Source: Candidatus Bathyarchaeia archaeon (GTDB taxonomy: Archaea; Thermoproteota; Bathyarchaeia; Bathyarchaeales; Bathycorpusculaceae). From it: a DNA stretch of 64,000 nucleotides. The notes beneath the pieces are model-generated. The model was given only the letters and a program-made list of their open reading frames with translations, made no database searches and was not told the DNA's origin. Each line of letters begins with the position of its first letter. Positions within the stretch are counted from its first letter, which is position 1. Location: assembly GCA_050015395.1 (NCBI GenBank), contig JBEKBM010000010.1:1-64000 (forward strand). Direction: 5' to 3'. Shown one piece after another: positions 9,904 through 19,736 of the stretch. The position numbers were made by a program, and so were the translations under genes.

Positions 9904-10125
9904 TTATTTCAAAACTTTTTCCAGGTCATTAATCGAGCACTCAACGTACTGTCCCTTAGCCACCTGCTTTTTGCTTTCCTCAATAGCTTTCAATGTTTTT
10001 TCATCTGCAAGCGTCTCAAACTTTGCAAGTATCTGCTCCATCTTAATGTAAGTGCCGACCATTTCCTTGAAAAGCTCTTCTGGAATAACGATTCCTTCCT
10101 TTGTAACTTTGACCTTTGCCTCCAA
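9904..10125 (-). CDS. Small putative antitoxin (RelB-like)
   Basis: 73 aa with C-terminal LKAIEESKKQVAKGQYV, typical of RelE partners; coupled to the toxin stub. Confidence 0.6.
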   Translation of the reverse strand: MEAKVKVTKEGIVIPEELFKEMVGTYIKMEQILAKFETLADEKTLKAIEESKKQVAKGQYVECSINDLEKVLK

Positions 10126-10317
10126 CTGAATGCACCTGACTAATAGACTGCTTAAGCTGTTTTTAGTTCTTTTCAGTTGAAATCTTCAGTTTCTAAAACT
10201 GGTACTCAATAGGCATTTTCGTAGTTGCAAATCTTGATAGTTGCTTCTTACATTAGCGCAACTGTATACTAATAAGAAGTGGAATCAATAGAAAATATTT
10301 GGCGAAGGCGGATCAAA

Positions 10318-11049
10318 ATGACATTTACCAAAGTTAAACGTCGTGGATCTTACGGATTCGATGCCCCGTATTTGTTGGTAATTTGGGGGTTGTTGATTGC
10401 TGTTAGCGTGGTGAGTGGAGTTCTTTTTGAATCTGTCTGGCCATTCATTGGGGCAGCTGTATTGCTTTGGTTTGGGGGGTCCGGTTGGTATGTTTCGCGT
10501 TGGGGCAAGTTTGTTGTTTGGGGAAGGGTTCTTGATGAGCTTAGGCTTCAAGGTGATGAAGAGGTTCTGGACGTTGGTTGTGGCCGTGGAGCAGTATTGT
10601 TGATGGCGGCGCAGCATTTGTCAACCGGTCAGGCTGTGGGAATTGACCTCTGGAAGAGGAGTGAGCAATCTGGAAATTCAATCGAGGCAACCAAACGGAA
10701 CGCATTGCTGGAGGGGGTTGCTGACCGCGTGGAGCTTAGCACTGCCGACATGACCTCCCTACCTTTTGAGGACGAAAGCTTTGACCTCGTAACCTCAAAT
10801 CTTGCGATTCATAACGTCGAGGGAGACAAACGTGACAAGGCAATTGAAGAAGCAATTCGCGTTTTACGCCCAGGAGGTCGCTTGATGATTGCTGATATTA
10901 TGGGTACAAACCAATATGCAAGGCAGTTAAAGAGACTCGGCATAAATGACGTTTCAAAACGAGACCTCGGATGGAGAATGTGGTGGAGCGGACCGTGGGA
11001 GCGAACTTTGCTTGTCAGTTGCACAAAACCGCTCGGTCGAAGTCATTAA
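10318..11049 (+). CDS. Membrane-anchored class I SAM-dependent methyltransferase
   Basis: Two N-terminal hydrophobic helices, VLDVGCGRG, ADMTSLPFEDESFD, VLRPGG. Confidence 0.9.
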   Translation: MTFTKVKRRGSYGFDAPYLLVIWGLLIAVSVVSGVLFESVWPFIGAAVLLWFGGSGWYVSRWGKFVVWGRVLDELRLQGDEEVLDVGCGRGAVLLMAAQHLSTGQAVGIDLWKRSEQSGNSIEATKRNALLEGVADRVELSTADMTSLPFEDESFDLVTSNLAIHNVEGDKRDKAIEEAIRVLRPGGRLMIADIMGTNQYARQLKRLGINDVSKRDLGWRMWWSGPWERTLLVSCTKPLGRSH

Positions 11050-11161
11050 GTGAAAACCTCTTTGTAGCCTGCGACCAGGGCCATTTGGACACTAATAGTG
11101 TATAAATTTTGTGCAAGTTGTGAAGTGGAAAGAATTCTTGCCATATGAAGAAAGCCCAATC

Positions 11162-11367
11162 TTGAACCTTTATTTGTTCGAAAGGAGGCAGATTTGGAGT
11201 ATCATCTTCGTAGTGGATTTTGCTTTCTTTAAAATATTCTAAGGCGTCTTTGTAGTGGCTATCCTTAAGCCGGTAACAACCGCTTCGAGGGTCCCATTTA
11301 CCATAAGGAGTTCCAACCTCCCCCTTCAACACAGAAGAGTGCCCTTGTCAAACCACAAACACGGCAT
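11162..11367 (-). pseudogene. N-terminal remnant of an archaeal XPB/Rad25-like helicase
   Basis: MPCLWFDKGTLL, a 2-bp TG frameshift, then LKGEVGTPYGKWDPRSGCYRLK...YKDALEYFKES; ends before any helicase motif. Confidence 0.6.
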
Positions 11368-11649
11368 AACGACTAATCAAACTTCTAAACAATTAAACTT
11401 AGTCAACGTTCTATAGAAGAGTTAATTTCAAAGATTCAAACTGCTAATCCAAAGGTTCTTCAAAACAAGAATAGAAAAGCGGTACCAAGACATAGGCTAA
11501 GCTGATCCTAACATGTGTATTCCAGAGATAAAAGAAAAATATTTCTGATCTCAACAATTACTTAGAATTTATGCAACAAGATTACACATATTTAATTTTT
11601 TGGAGTCAAAAGACCAGCTTGAACTTTCGGGTGCTAACCAAGCCTGATT

Positions 11650-12165
11650 CTAAGCTGTTACCTTTTTTGTTCTGGGATCTCGAGTGAGAGAATCGATAAG
11701 GCCGCCAATCTTGGATGCTGATTGGCCTTCTATAATTACGCCTAGTTCATGGTTGAGCACCAAGCCTCTCCAGGTTATGTTGGATGATCCAACTAGGGCT
11801 TTAGTCCTATCAAGGACAATTAACTTTGCATGCAAATCTTCTTCCACATTTTCAGGGCTAAAATCAAATAAACTGAAGTGATGGAATTGACTTACAAGCC
11901 TCAGTAGCCGTTTTTTTGTTTCAATTGGCTGCTTGTCGAGTCTATTGATGATCAGATTAACTTTAACACCTCGGTTAAGGCATTCAGTTATGCTTTCAAG
12001 AAAGCCTGTTGCACCCTGGGTTATTCTGTATGCAACTATTTGGACCTCATCATTGGCCTGAGGAAGTATTTCCTCAAGTATTGAATTAATAGAGCGTATG
12101 CCCTGCCCCATCCAAGCCAACCCTGTAACAGCAATCGTCACTTTGTCTTCTTTAGTCCAGCTCAA
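11650..12165 (-). CDS. drmC: DISARM phospholipase D-family nuclease DrmC
   Basis: Single HKD motif LHAKLIVLD plus GSSN and NHE; start overlaps the drmB stop. Confidence 0.88.
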   Translation of the reverse strand: MSWTKEDKVTIAVTGLAWMGQGIRSINSILEEILPQANDEVQIVAYRITQGATGFLESITECLNRGVKVNLIINRLDKQPIETKKRLLRLVSQFHHFSLFDFSPENVEEDLHAKLIVLDRTKALVGSSNITWRGLVLNHELGVIIEGQSASKIGGLIDSLTRDPRTKKVTA

Positions 12166-13904
12166 AGAATATTCTCTCGCATTAGGTTTCGATCAAGGTA
12201 AATGTTTCCAAATTCGCATGATGTTTCAGAAACCAAAAGACAAGCGTAACAGGCGGCACCATTTGCACGACCGCGATCAGCAAGTTTCTGTTCGCCACAG
12301 AGGGGATCATTGGAGCATGAATAGATATTTCGTTGAGCTGCTCGAAGAACCCTTTCAAATTCAGGAACGAGAGCTATTAATCCACCAAGGCTACCATCAC
12401 CACCACTTTGAGTGGTATACAAAAGTATCCCGCCATGAAAAATTTTAGTAACAGGGTCTTGCCATACGTAAACTCGTTCCCTAATAGAGGCTGAAGAGTA
12501 ACCTGAATCGATTGAAAGTGCGGTAATCAGTCTGTGAGATAAAGTGTGATACCAAACAAACAAGGGATGGAAGAAGGGGCTGTTTGTTTCTTGATATGCT
12601 TTTAGCCATGTATTTTTAGTAGTGGTGTTTTTTAGAGTTAGCTCTTGGTTCGGTGATAAATCCACAAAAACTCCTTCTCCATGAAGTTCCACACCAACAT
12701 ACCAACGATCTTGGCCATCAAAGTATCCCGTATCAACTTTGGCTTTAGCGGTGCCTCGTATTGGTCGAACATAGTATTTTTGTGCCATGACAACGCGGAG
12801 TCTCTTGACTGGAGTGATCCTAAGAAGGAGATTGGGCGAAAATTGTACTGAACTGCGAACGGCTTCTTTGTCAACCTCAAAATCCTGTGGTTCAGAGCAT
12901 TGTTGCAGGGGTGCACCATTGACGGCAGCATATCTCAATGCAATCAATTCCTTTTGCTTAACATCTCTATCAGATAAATTCTGGTCTAATGATTGGAGAA
13001 CATCTTTGATTGCATTCAAAATAGTTGCTTCAGGTAATTGCTCTATTTCAGCTATTGTCACTGAATTAATCTCTGGAAATCTCTTAGCTGCTGTCATCAA
13101 TTTTTCGATTAATCCCTTCTTTGTCCAAGAATCCTCTGAGGCAAGTATCGACAAAATATGTGTATTCTGCAAAATTCGGTGTATATTCGTTGTCATCGGT
13201 GGTATCGTCAAAGCAGAAACGGGCTCCACAACTCTAAGATTGCTTGCGTTTCTCAGAACTACTGATGATTTTTCTTCACATGGTTCTTTGAAATCACTTT
13301 CCACAAAACGGCCTGAACATTTCCATCTATTATTATAAACATCTTGAAGAGAGGCACTCGAATGACATCTGGGGCATTGAATGTTAATGTCCCACAGGGC
13401 AGAACCAGTCTCAATCCAGTCAAAAATCGAAAAATTGCATTTTGGATTCTTTTGGTGGACTATTTCGCCCCAAGTCACATCATCAAGGTGCCCACGTGGG
13501 CAAGCACGAACAAATCTTATTGCTTCTTCCTGGGCGTTTTTTGTTGGGTTGCAATCTGGGCATCTGCTCGTTCCAATTGATGTTATCTGATATAATTTTC
13601 TATGTGTTTGGCAAAGTCCCCATTCCGGAAAACGTTTTGTTTTAAAGAGCGCACGGTCGTCAGGAAGTTGTAGGTCAGCATTTGTAGGCAATCTAAATAT
13701 CTTGCCGCCATCGAGTTGAGAGCTGACATTTTGATCTCTTATTTCGTACTTACATAGCTCTAGCGAGGTGTCTGATTTGTTAAATATCCTGCCCCATTCT
13801 TTGTAGCTCATGATCACTCTTGGTCCATTTGGGGTTTCCAATATGGACCCGACACCGTATGTTAAAACAAATTGTGAAGGTCTTACTGCTTGCCCGCTTG
13901 ACAT
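12162..13904 (-). CDS. drmB: DISARM DUF1998 protein DrmB
   Basis: VRPSQFVLTYGVGS, RFVRACPRGHLDD, HTLSH, GYSSASIRER, CSNDPLC...ACYAC...SETSCE. Confidence 0.93.
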   Translation of the reverse strand: MSSGQAVRPSQFVLTYGVGSILETPNGPRVIMSYKEWGRIFNKSDTSLELCKYEIRDQNVSSQLDGGKIFRLPTNADLQLPDDRALFKTKRFPEWGLCQTHRKLYQITSIGTSRCPDCNPTKNAQEEAIRFVRACPRGHLDDVTWGEIVHQKNPKCNFSIFDWIETGSALWDINIQCPRCHSSASLQDVYNNRWKCSGRFVESDFKEPCEEKSSVVLRNASNLRVVEPVSALTIPPMTTNIHRILQNTHILSILASEDSWTKKGLIEKLMTAAKRFPEINSVTIAEIEQLPEATILNAIKDVLQSLDQNLSDRDVKQKELIALRYAAVNGAPLQQCSEPQDFEVDKEAVRSSVQFSPNLLLRITPVKRLRVVMAQKYYVRPIRGTAKAKVDTGYFDGQDRWYVGVELHGEGVFVDLSPNQELTLKNTTTKNTWLKAYQETNSPFFHPLFVWYHTLSHRLITALSIDSGYSSASIRERVYVWQDPVTKIFHGGILLYTTQSGGDGSLGGLIALVPEFERVLRAAQRNIYSCSNDPLCGEQKLADRGRANGAACYACLLVSETSCEFGNIYLDRNLMRENIL

Positions 13905-13905
13905 T

Positions 13906-16900
13906 CTATCCCTCAAATGTTGTTGACGCTTCAACCTCTCTTAGCGATTGAGGCGAGTTTCTAAAGACTTGTGGTAAATTCTTGACTTTATGTTGCTGAT
14001 CTCCTAGAACAACTGGACTTTTCGGTTCATGCGTAAGGGCAGATTCATAATAAACTAATGAAGATTCGCGTTGAGCAGTTAACTGCCATCGGTCCAATTC
14101 GGATTTTATTTCTTCAGCAATTTCGTTTGGATGGGGTTTACACTCAACAGGCTGACTTTGACTTCTGTTTTCTGTAAACTTTACTATTTCAAGTATTTCA
14201 GTCGAGTATCTTTTTGTTTTCATTGTCTGCGCGCCCGTTCCCGTCGACTCTGGAGTTTCTCCATAATTTCCATCTGAAATCCAACTTGAGCTTACTTCTT
14301 TTCCATTAATGCTGAATGCATTTCTAAGAATTGAAACCGCGATTGGACCAAGACAGCGTTCTCTTGCTCTTGGAGAAAACGGGTGAACAGTTATGGGTTC
14401 AACAAATCTGGAAAGACATCTGTGGTATCCAACGAAGAATTCATAGTGGTCTAAATCTCGCGGTTTAGCGGAATTCAAAAAGGTAACTACCAAGCCTCCT
14501 TTAAGTCTCCCAACGCGTCCTGTAGCTTGGATATAGTTTGCCGTTGTTTTAGGTTGACCATGGACAACCATGAGTCCCAATCGATCAACGTCAACTCCTG
14601 TGCCAAACATGGATGTTGAAAAAACCGCGTCAACATCATTAGGTGCTTTTTTTGAAAGTCGTTCCAGCGCCATGGGGATTTCAGACGATTCCATTCTGCT
14701 TGAGAGTTCTATTGGAGGTCCAAGTTCTCTCACTTTTCCTCCCATATGCCGAAGCCACTCCCGGATGTCAGCCCTATAGAGTCCAAGCGTTGAGGCCAGT
14801 ATTTTTATTGCGTTGAAATAGCCTACGAGTGTCCAGAATTGGTCTATTTCCTCATTGTCTTGCGGATTTGAAAGCCTAAGTTCGAACCCTTGTTTGAGTA
14901 GTGCTGACCATATTCTAACGTTAGGCGTATGGGGTCCGTGACCTGGAGAGCATACTCCAACATAGAGTCGACCAGCTGGTCCACTATCCAACGGGTGTTT
15001 TTCCACTGAATGGGAAAAGAAATTGTCATCTATCGAAAGACCTTGAGGAGGAAACACTGAGACTATTCTATTAAATACTGATTCAACTTGAGATTTTGCG
15101 TGACGGATGGTTGCGCTCGACGCGAGATATTTTGGTTTTATTAGATTTCCTGATTGATCCATTTTGCTGGCAAGTATCTCAACAGCCATCTCGTAGAGGC
15201 CTACCATTGTTCCCAATGGCCCATCTATTAGGTGAAGTTCATCCTGAACTATTAGTTCGGGAGGCTCAAATCGTTGAATATCATATACTTCACCAAAACA
15301 GGTGCCTCCTGTATCAGGAGGCATCTCTTCACGATAGAATCCCCAGCATGTGTCAAATTTGTTTACATTGCCAAACATTGTTGCTGCGCGGGGCTCATAG
15401 GGTAGTCTTGCAAATTTGTCTACCGTAGCGATCACGATTGATGGGCATCTGTGGTAAATTTGATCGTCTACAACATATGCTGATATGGGCATCCCATACC
15501 ATGCAGCATCTTTTCCAGGTATTCGAAAAGGAGCCAAGACGTCTGTGGGAATGTCTTTTGAGCCAACTGGTATCGATTCACTCCATTCAATCTTGTTGAG
15601 TTCACAGGATGGGTTGGGGCAATGGATCTCATAGTCTATGGGTTGCCGCTGAATATCCCAACGTTTTAAGAAATACCCTAGGCGGCTAGCTCTGGCGAAA
15701 GCACCTTTACAGCTCGGTCCAAGCGATTGTAGTGCACATTTGTTCCACCATATATCAATTTGATCGGCATCAATTCTGTTGCTAGACGAAAGCTCAACTG
15801 AAATGATGAAATGGTCTGGGGTTGGCAGGCTCTCAACTTTGATGTTCCTCGCAACAAAACCAAGTCCACTTAGGCCTTCTTTTGTCGGTTTGGGTTTATA
15901 TTTTGATTTTACTATAAAATGAAATAGGTGTTCTTTCGGTGACAAACTTTGCTTTCTCGGAATCGCCAGAATGCTGTCGCAAACTGGACATTGGATGACC
16001 TGTGCTGGCTCAGAATTTGTCATGCTTTTGATTCTAACGCCTGTCCCAGCGTATGAATCAAAACCAATTAATCTAGTGACGGCGCCAGGATAACGTGTAC
16101 GCCTTCTTTCGACCTTGTCAAAACCTTCATGATCAACTAAGCGGTTTGGCGTCACTTCTTGTCCGACCCACAAACCAATAGAGAATCTTGTTTTGCCCCA
16201 AAGATTTTCTTCATTAATTGGGCAGCAATTAGGTTTCCAGTTTTTTATTCGGAAATAGTCACATGCGACTACTGCTATGGTTGCCCTTCGAAACTGCTGG
16301 AGAGTTAACATTCTTAGGGTATAACGGGATATTACGCCTGTTCCTATGCCTCTCGAACTTGTTGCAAAATATCGTCGTCTTCTTAGTGCAATCGAGAAAA
16401 TACTCAATCCCAAGTAGGCTTCCGTTTTGCCTCCAGCGGTTGGAAACCATAGCATGTCACATAATCGGCGGTCTTCGTGTCCTTCTTTAACAATACTGGG
16501 GAGACACTGAAGAATAAAAGCAATCTGAAATAAGCGCCAAGTTAGTGGACCTTTCTTTTTCCAAATAGACTGTTGGTCCATTACTTTGTTCATGAAACAG
16601 AAGGCGAGTCTTGCATCCTCTTCGTCTTTGAGAATCTTTATCCCTTCCTTTATTCGGAGGACTGAATTTTGGCAACTATTGAGGTGTTGAAGGCCCGTTT
16701 TTCTATATTGAGATGCGAGTCTTTGGACATCGTTTTTCTTTTCTTTAATCCATTGCTCATATTGGTTTGGGATTTGTCCAAGAGATAAATCGAGCCTTAC
16801 TGGATCCCAAGTTTCGGATAGCACGCAAGCTTGGAAAGGTCCTGGATTTCCATATTCTGGTTTTGGTTGCATAGTTACTTGTTGAATCGGAAAACAGGGT

Positions 16901-17745
16901 AAGTACTCTGTCCGCAAAGTGGGGTTGGCAAAAAGCGTCTTCTCTGGTTCTCCTATTATCTCCCCATCTGTCCATTTTAATGGATTTTCCTTGATTGAAG
17001 GGTGTGGACGTTCGGGATCAACTTCTGCCCAAGTTGCGCTGCATAAGTGACCTCTAGCAAAAGCAAGTTTATCTTTATAGAGAAGAGTGAGGCTTGAGTC
17101 TTCTAAATCATCTTCGTTTGTTTGGCTAGTTATAGGAACTAAGAGTGTTTCTTTTGGGCACACTATTCTAAGTTGCGGCTGGAAGATATGTTCCTCTGAT
17201 TTGGCATATTTTTTGTCTGATAATTCGATTTCATTAACTAGATATAGGGAAACGTAAAGGTGACCCTGGGGTGTTAGGGAGTTTTGCAGGCAGATTCTGA
17301 CTCCTTTAGTGTTGAAAAGATCACAGGGGTTTTTTACGTCTATATTGTGCTTTATGAATTTGAAAGGAATTCTCTGCCATGTTTTGTCCGTTTTTTGGAT
17401 GTATTTGGCCCAAGTTGCGCAAACGCTTATCTTAGTTCCAGAATTACTTTTAATAATGAATGATAACCCCATTGATTTTGGCAATGCGCGGGGATCCGCT
17501 ATGAATCCTATTGGAGAAAATTCGTTTTCGTCTTCTGTATCATCATCCTCTCCTTCACCGAAGTCTCTTCTATTAACGTCAGCGCGACCGTAAAATGCAA
17601 GAGCGCCTCTAGTAAAACTGGTGGGTTCAAGGACGCCAACAACATATTGCTCTTTTGGATCACTTTCTAAACTCTCATTACATCCATTTCGTGGTCCAAA
17701 AACTTCATTGCGTAAAGCAATAACCAAACTTGTCCGCGCAGACAT
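13906..17745 (-). CDS. drmA: DISARM SF2 helicase DrmA
   Basis: FPTAGGKTEAY, RYTLRMLTLQQFRRA, ATVDKFA, QDELHLI, SSAT, GVDVDRLG, YIQATGRVGR, C-terminal SLREVE. Confidence 0.94.
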   Translation of the reverse strand: MSARTSLVIALRNEVFGPRNGCNESLESDPKEQYVVGVLEPTSFTRGALAFYGRADVNRRDFGEGEDDDTEDENEFSPIGFIADPRALPKSMGLSFIIKSNSGTKISVCATWAKYIQKTDKTWQRIPFKFIKHNIDVKNPCDLFNTKGVRICLQNSLTPQGHLYVSLYLVNEIELSDKKYAKSEEHIFQPQLRIVCPKETLLVPITSQTNEDDLEDSSLTLLYKDKLAFARGHLCSATWAEVDPERPHPSIKENPLKWTDGEIIGEPEKTLFANPTLRTEYLPCFPIQQVTMQPKPEYGNPGPFQACVLSETWDPVRLDLSLGQIPNQYEQWIKEKKNDVQRLASQYRKTGLQHLNSCQNSVLRIKEGIKILKDEEDARLAFCFMNKVMDQQSIWKKKGPLTWRLFQIAFILQCLPSIVKEGHEDRRLCDMLWFPTAGGKTEAYLGLSIFSIALRRRRYFATSSRGIGTGVISRYTLRMLTLQQFRRATIAVVACDYFRIKNWKPNCCPINEENLWGKTRFSIGLWVGQEVTPNRLVDHEGFDKVERRRTRYPGAVTRLIGFDSYAGTGVRIKSMTNSEPAQVIQCPVCDSILAIPRKQSLSPKEHLFHFIVKSKYKPKPTKEGLSGLGFVARNIKVESLPTPDHFIISVELSSSNRIDADQIDIWWNKCALQSLGPSCKGAFARASRLGYFLKRWDIQRQPIDYEIHCPNPSCELNKIEWSESIPVGSKDIPTDVLAPFRIPGKDAAWYGMPISAYVVDDQIYHRCPSIVIATVDKFARLPYEPRAATMFGNVNKFDTCWGFYREEMPPDTGGTCFGEVYDIQRFEPPELIVQDELHLIDGPLGTMVGLYEMAVEILASKMDQSGNLIKPKYLASSATIRHAKSQVESVFNRIVSVFPPQGLSIDDNFFSHSVEKHPLDSGPAGRLYVGVCSPGHGPHTPNVRIWSALLKQGFELRLSNPQDNEEIDQFWTLVGYFNAIKILASTLGLYRADIREWLRHMGGKVRELGPPIELSSRMESSEIPMALERLSKKAPNDVDAVFSTSMFGTGVDVDRLGLMVVHGQPKTTANYIQATGRVGRLKGGLVVTFLNSAKPRDLDHYEFFVGYHRCLSRFVEPITVHPFSPRARERCLGPIAVSILRNAFSINGKEVSSSWISDGNYGETPESTGTGAQTMKTKRYSTEILEIVKFTENRSQSQPVECKPHPNEIAEEIKSELDRWQLTAQRESSLVYYESALTHEPKSPVVLGDQQHKVKNLPQVFRNSPQSLREVEASTTFEG

Positions 17746-17853
17746 AGAAGCTGTTCTAAATGAAGGTCTTAATAGCGTTTTCTAGGGTCTGGTAATTGTA
17801 GAGCGCCATTAATGAATTGGTTCGTTTGGCTTTTCAGTCAAGTGCATTATCTT

Positions 17854-18990
17854 TCAAGGCGCGTTCGCTATTCTGTGGGATTCTATGAATTTAACAATTG
17901 TTTTACCGAATGCTTCTGCCATTAGTGGGGGAACAGCGTTTCCTATTTGTCGTGCGATGTCTGTCTGACCACCATAAAAAATGAAATCATCAGGGAAGGA
18001 CTGAAGTTGTGCCGCTTCTCTCAAAGATATCGCTCTATTTTGCTCTGGATGCCCGAATCGTCCATTTGAAAAGCTGTTACACTTACAGGTTAACGTAGGC
18101 GCTGGCTTATCCCATCTCATTCGACCATAAACGTCTGTGTGTCCAGCATTTTTCTTGTGGCAGTCTAGCCAAAACTCTTTAGGCCATTCCGTCCTACTTC
18201 CACCGTTTATAGGCGTCAACTTCATCCTTGTTAGATTCAAGTCCGATAATCGTCGAGCTACATGGTTGGGAAAATCCTTGTTTACTTCTCCAGCAGCTAA
18301 TAGAGCATATTTCGATATTCGATCCCTTACAGTGACATAAGGTAACAAATTCTTTCCGTGAGTTGCGTTTGGTAAGGGTATTTTTCCTATCCTGGAAGCT
18401 AATAAGACAAATCTCCTGCGATTTTGTGGAACACCATAGTTTTTAGCATTGACTATTTTCCACTCATATTGATAATTCATCTGGGTTAAGTCAAGTGTTT
18501 CTAGAAATTCTTTGAAGATATTTCCTTTTTGCGCTTTTTCAAACCCTGGCACGTTTTCAACAAAAATCACATGTGGCTTGGCGACTTTAATGGCGTTTGC
18601 GAAAGCAAGAATTAACTTTCTTCGTTTGTCATTTTCGTTCTCTCTTTTAAATCTGGAAAAAGGTTGGCATGGAGCGCAACCGATACAAACTAAAAAATCT
18701 TTTGAAGTAAGATGCATATCTGATATAATTTTTTCAGTATTCAGAACATTTATGTCTTCCATGATAAATTTTGATGGGTAGCAATTTTTTTCATACGCTT
18801 CTGTGCATGTTTTGTCAAGGTCAATTCCTTTTACGATTTTCATGCCTGCATTTTGAAATCCTTTGGTAGCCCCTCCTACACCGCAAAAGAAATCAAATCC
18901 AAAAATTGCCAGTTTATTTCTCTCCTTTAACAATATCAATGGCTTTTTTAATTTTCCTGAAACATTTTTCTGGGTTATCCTTAATTTCAT
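17854..18990 (-). CDS. drmMII: C5-cytosine DNA methyltransferase (DrmMII position)
   Basis: Motif I FCGVGG, IV APCQPFS, VI ENVPG, VIII QNRRR, IX REAAQLQSF, X IGNAVP; true start may be CTG at 18912. Confidence 0.9.
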   Translation of the reverse strand: MKLRITQKNVSGKLKKPLILLKERNKLAIFGFDFFCGVGGATKGFQNAGMKIVKGIDLDKTCTEAYEKNCYPSKFIMEDINVLNTEKIISDMHLTSKDFLVCIGCAPCQPFSRFKRENENDKRRKLILAFANAIKVAKPHVIFVENVPGFEKAQKGNIFKEFLETLDLTQMNYQYEWKIVNAKNYGVPQNRRRFVLLASRIGKIPLPNATHGKNLLPYVTVRDRISKYALLAAGEVNKDFPNHVARRLSDLNLTRMKLTPINGGSRTEWPKEFWLDCHKKNAGHTDVYGRMRWDKPAPTLTCKCNSFSNGRFGHPEQNRAISLREAAQLQSFPDDFIFYGGQTDIARQIGNAVPPLMAEAFGKTIVKFIESHRIANAP

Positions 18991-19336
18991 GTTCCCAACA
19001 ACGGATAACTTGCCAACCTAAACCTCTTAGTGCCGCATTAACTTCTTTATCTCTTTGAATGTTTCTTTCGATTTTGGGTATCCAAAAATCTCTATTTGAT
19101 TTAATCTGCTTTTTTGTCTCATTCCAATGATATCCATGCCAAAAGTGACTATCCGCGAACAATGCAACCTTGTACTCAGGCAAGACAAAATCGGGTTTGC
19201 CGATTATCTCGCTTTGCTTCTCATAATTCAATCCTGCTTTAACTAATATTTCCTCGAATTTATCCTCGAGGTGAGTGTTTTTAGACCGTATCCTAGACAT
19301 GTTATAGCTTATGGTTTCAGCCGACCTCTTTCCCAT
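18914..19336 (-). CDS. vsr: Very short patch repair endonuclease
   Basis: NMSRIRSKNT, GKPDF, FWHG, FWIPKIERNIQRD, GWQVIRCWE. Confidence 0.93.
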   Translation of the reverse strand: MGKRSAETISYNMSRIRSKNTHLEDKFEEILVKAGLNYEKQSEIIGKPDFVLPEYKVALFADSHFWHGYHWNETKKQIKSNRDFWIPKIERNIQRDKEVNAALRGLGWQVIRCWEHEIKDNPEKCFRKIKKAIDIVKGEK

Positions 19337-19736
19337 TTTGTCTAAACCACCCTTTGTGAAGTTCGTCTCACCAATATTAAAAAGATTGTTATCGAATAAA
19401 ATACATTCTATGAATTGCCGATTTTACCGAGTTAGCATCAGACCGACCTAAATGCATAATCCCATATTATTATATGTGGAGGCACAACTGCTGACCACAA
19501 ATAAACATAACGTTTTATTTGACCCTGAATTAAAGATTTGGGCCAGAAACCGTGTTGAATATCTCAAATATCTGTGAAAACGCTTTGAAACGAACAATAA
19601 ACAGGCTCAGGAAACAAATCAGAACTTAAACGGCTAAAAGTTGCCTCCTTGGCAAGAAACTGAAAGGGTTAACGGGCACAGAGTTCGAACAAATAAGTTG
19701 CATTTGTCCATTGGCAAACACTTTTTTTTCAGAGCT

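Noticed and set aside
9855-9909. Possible attC site (GGCTAAC...GTTATTT) after abiEii
   Set aside because: The ends pair poorly, inner boxes are unconvincing, and the sequence is better explained as the RelE stub.
19476-19700. Possible decayed small gene between vsr and ORF528
   Set aside because: Two stops and no recognisable family; cannot be supported without a search.
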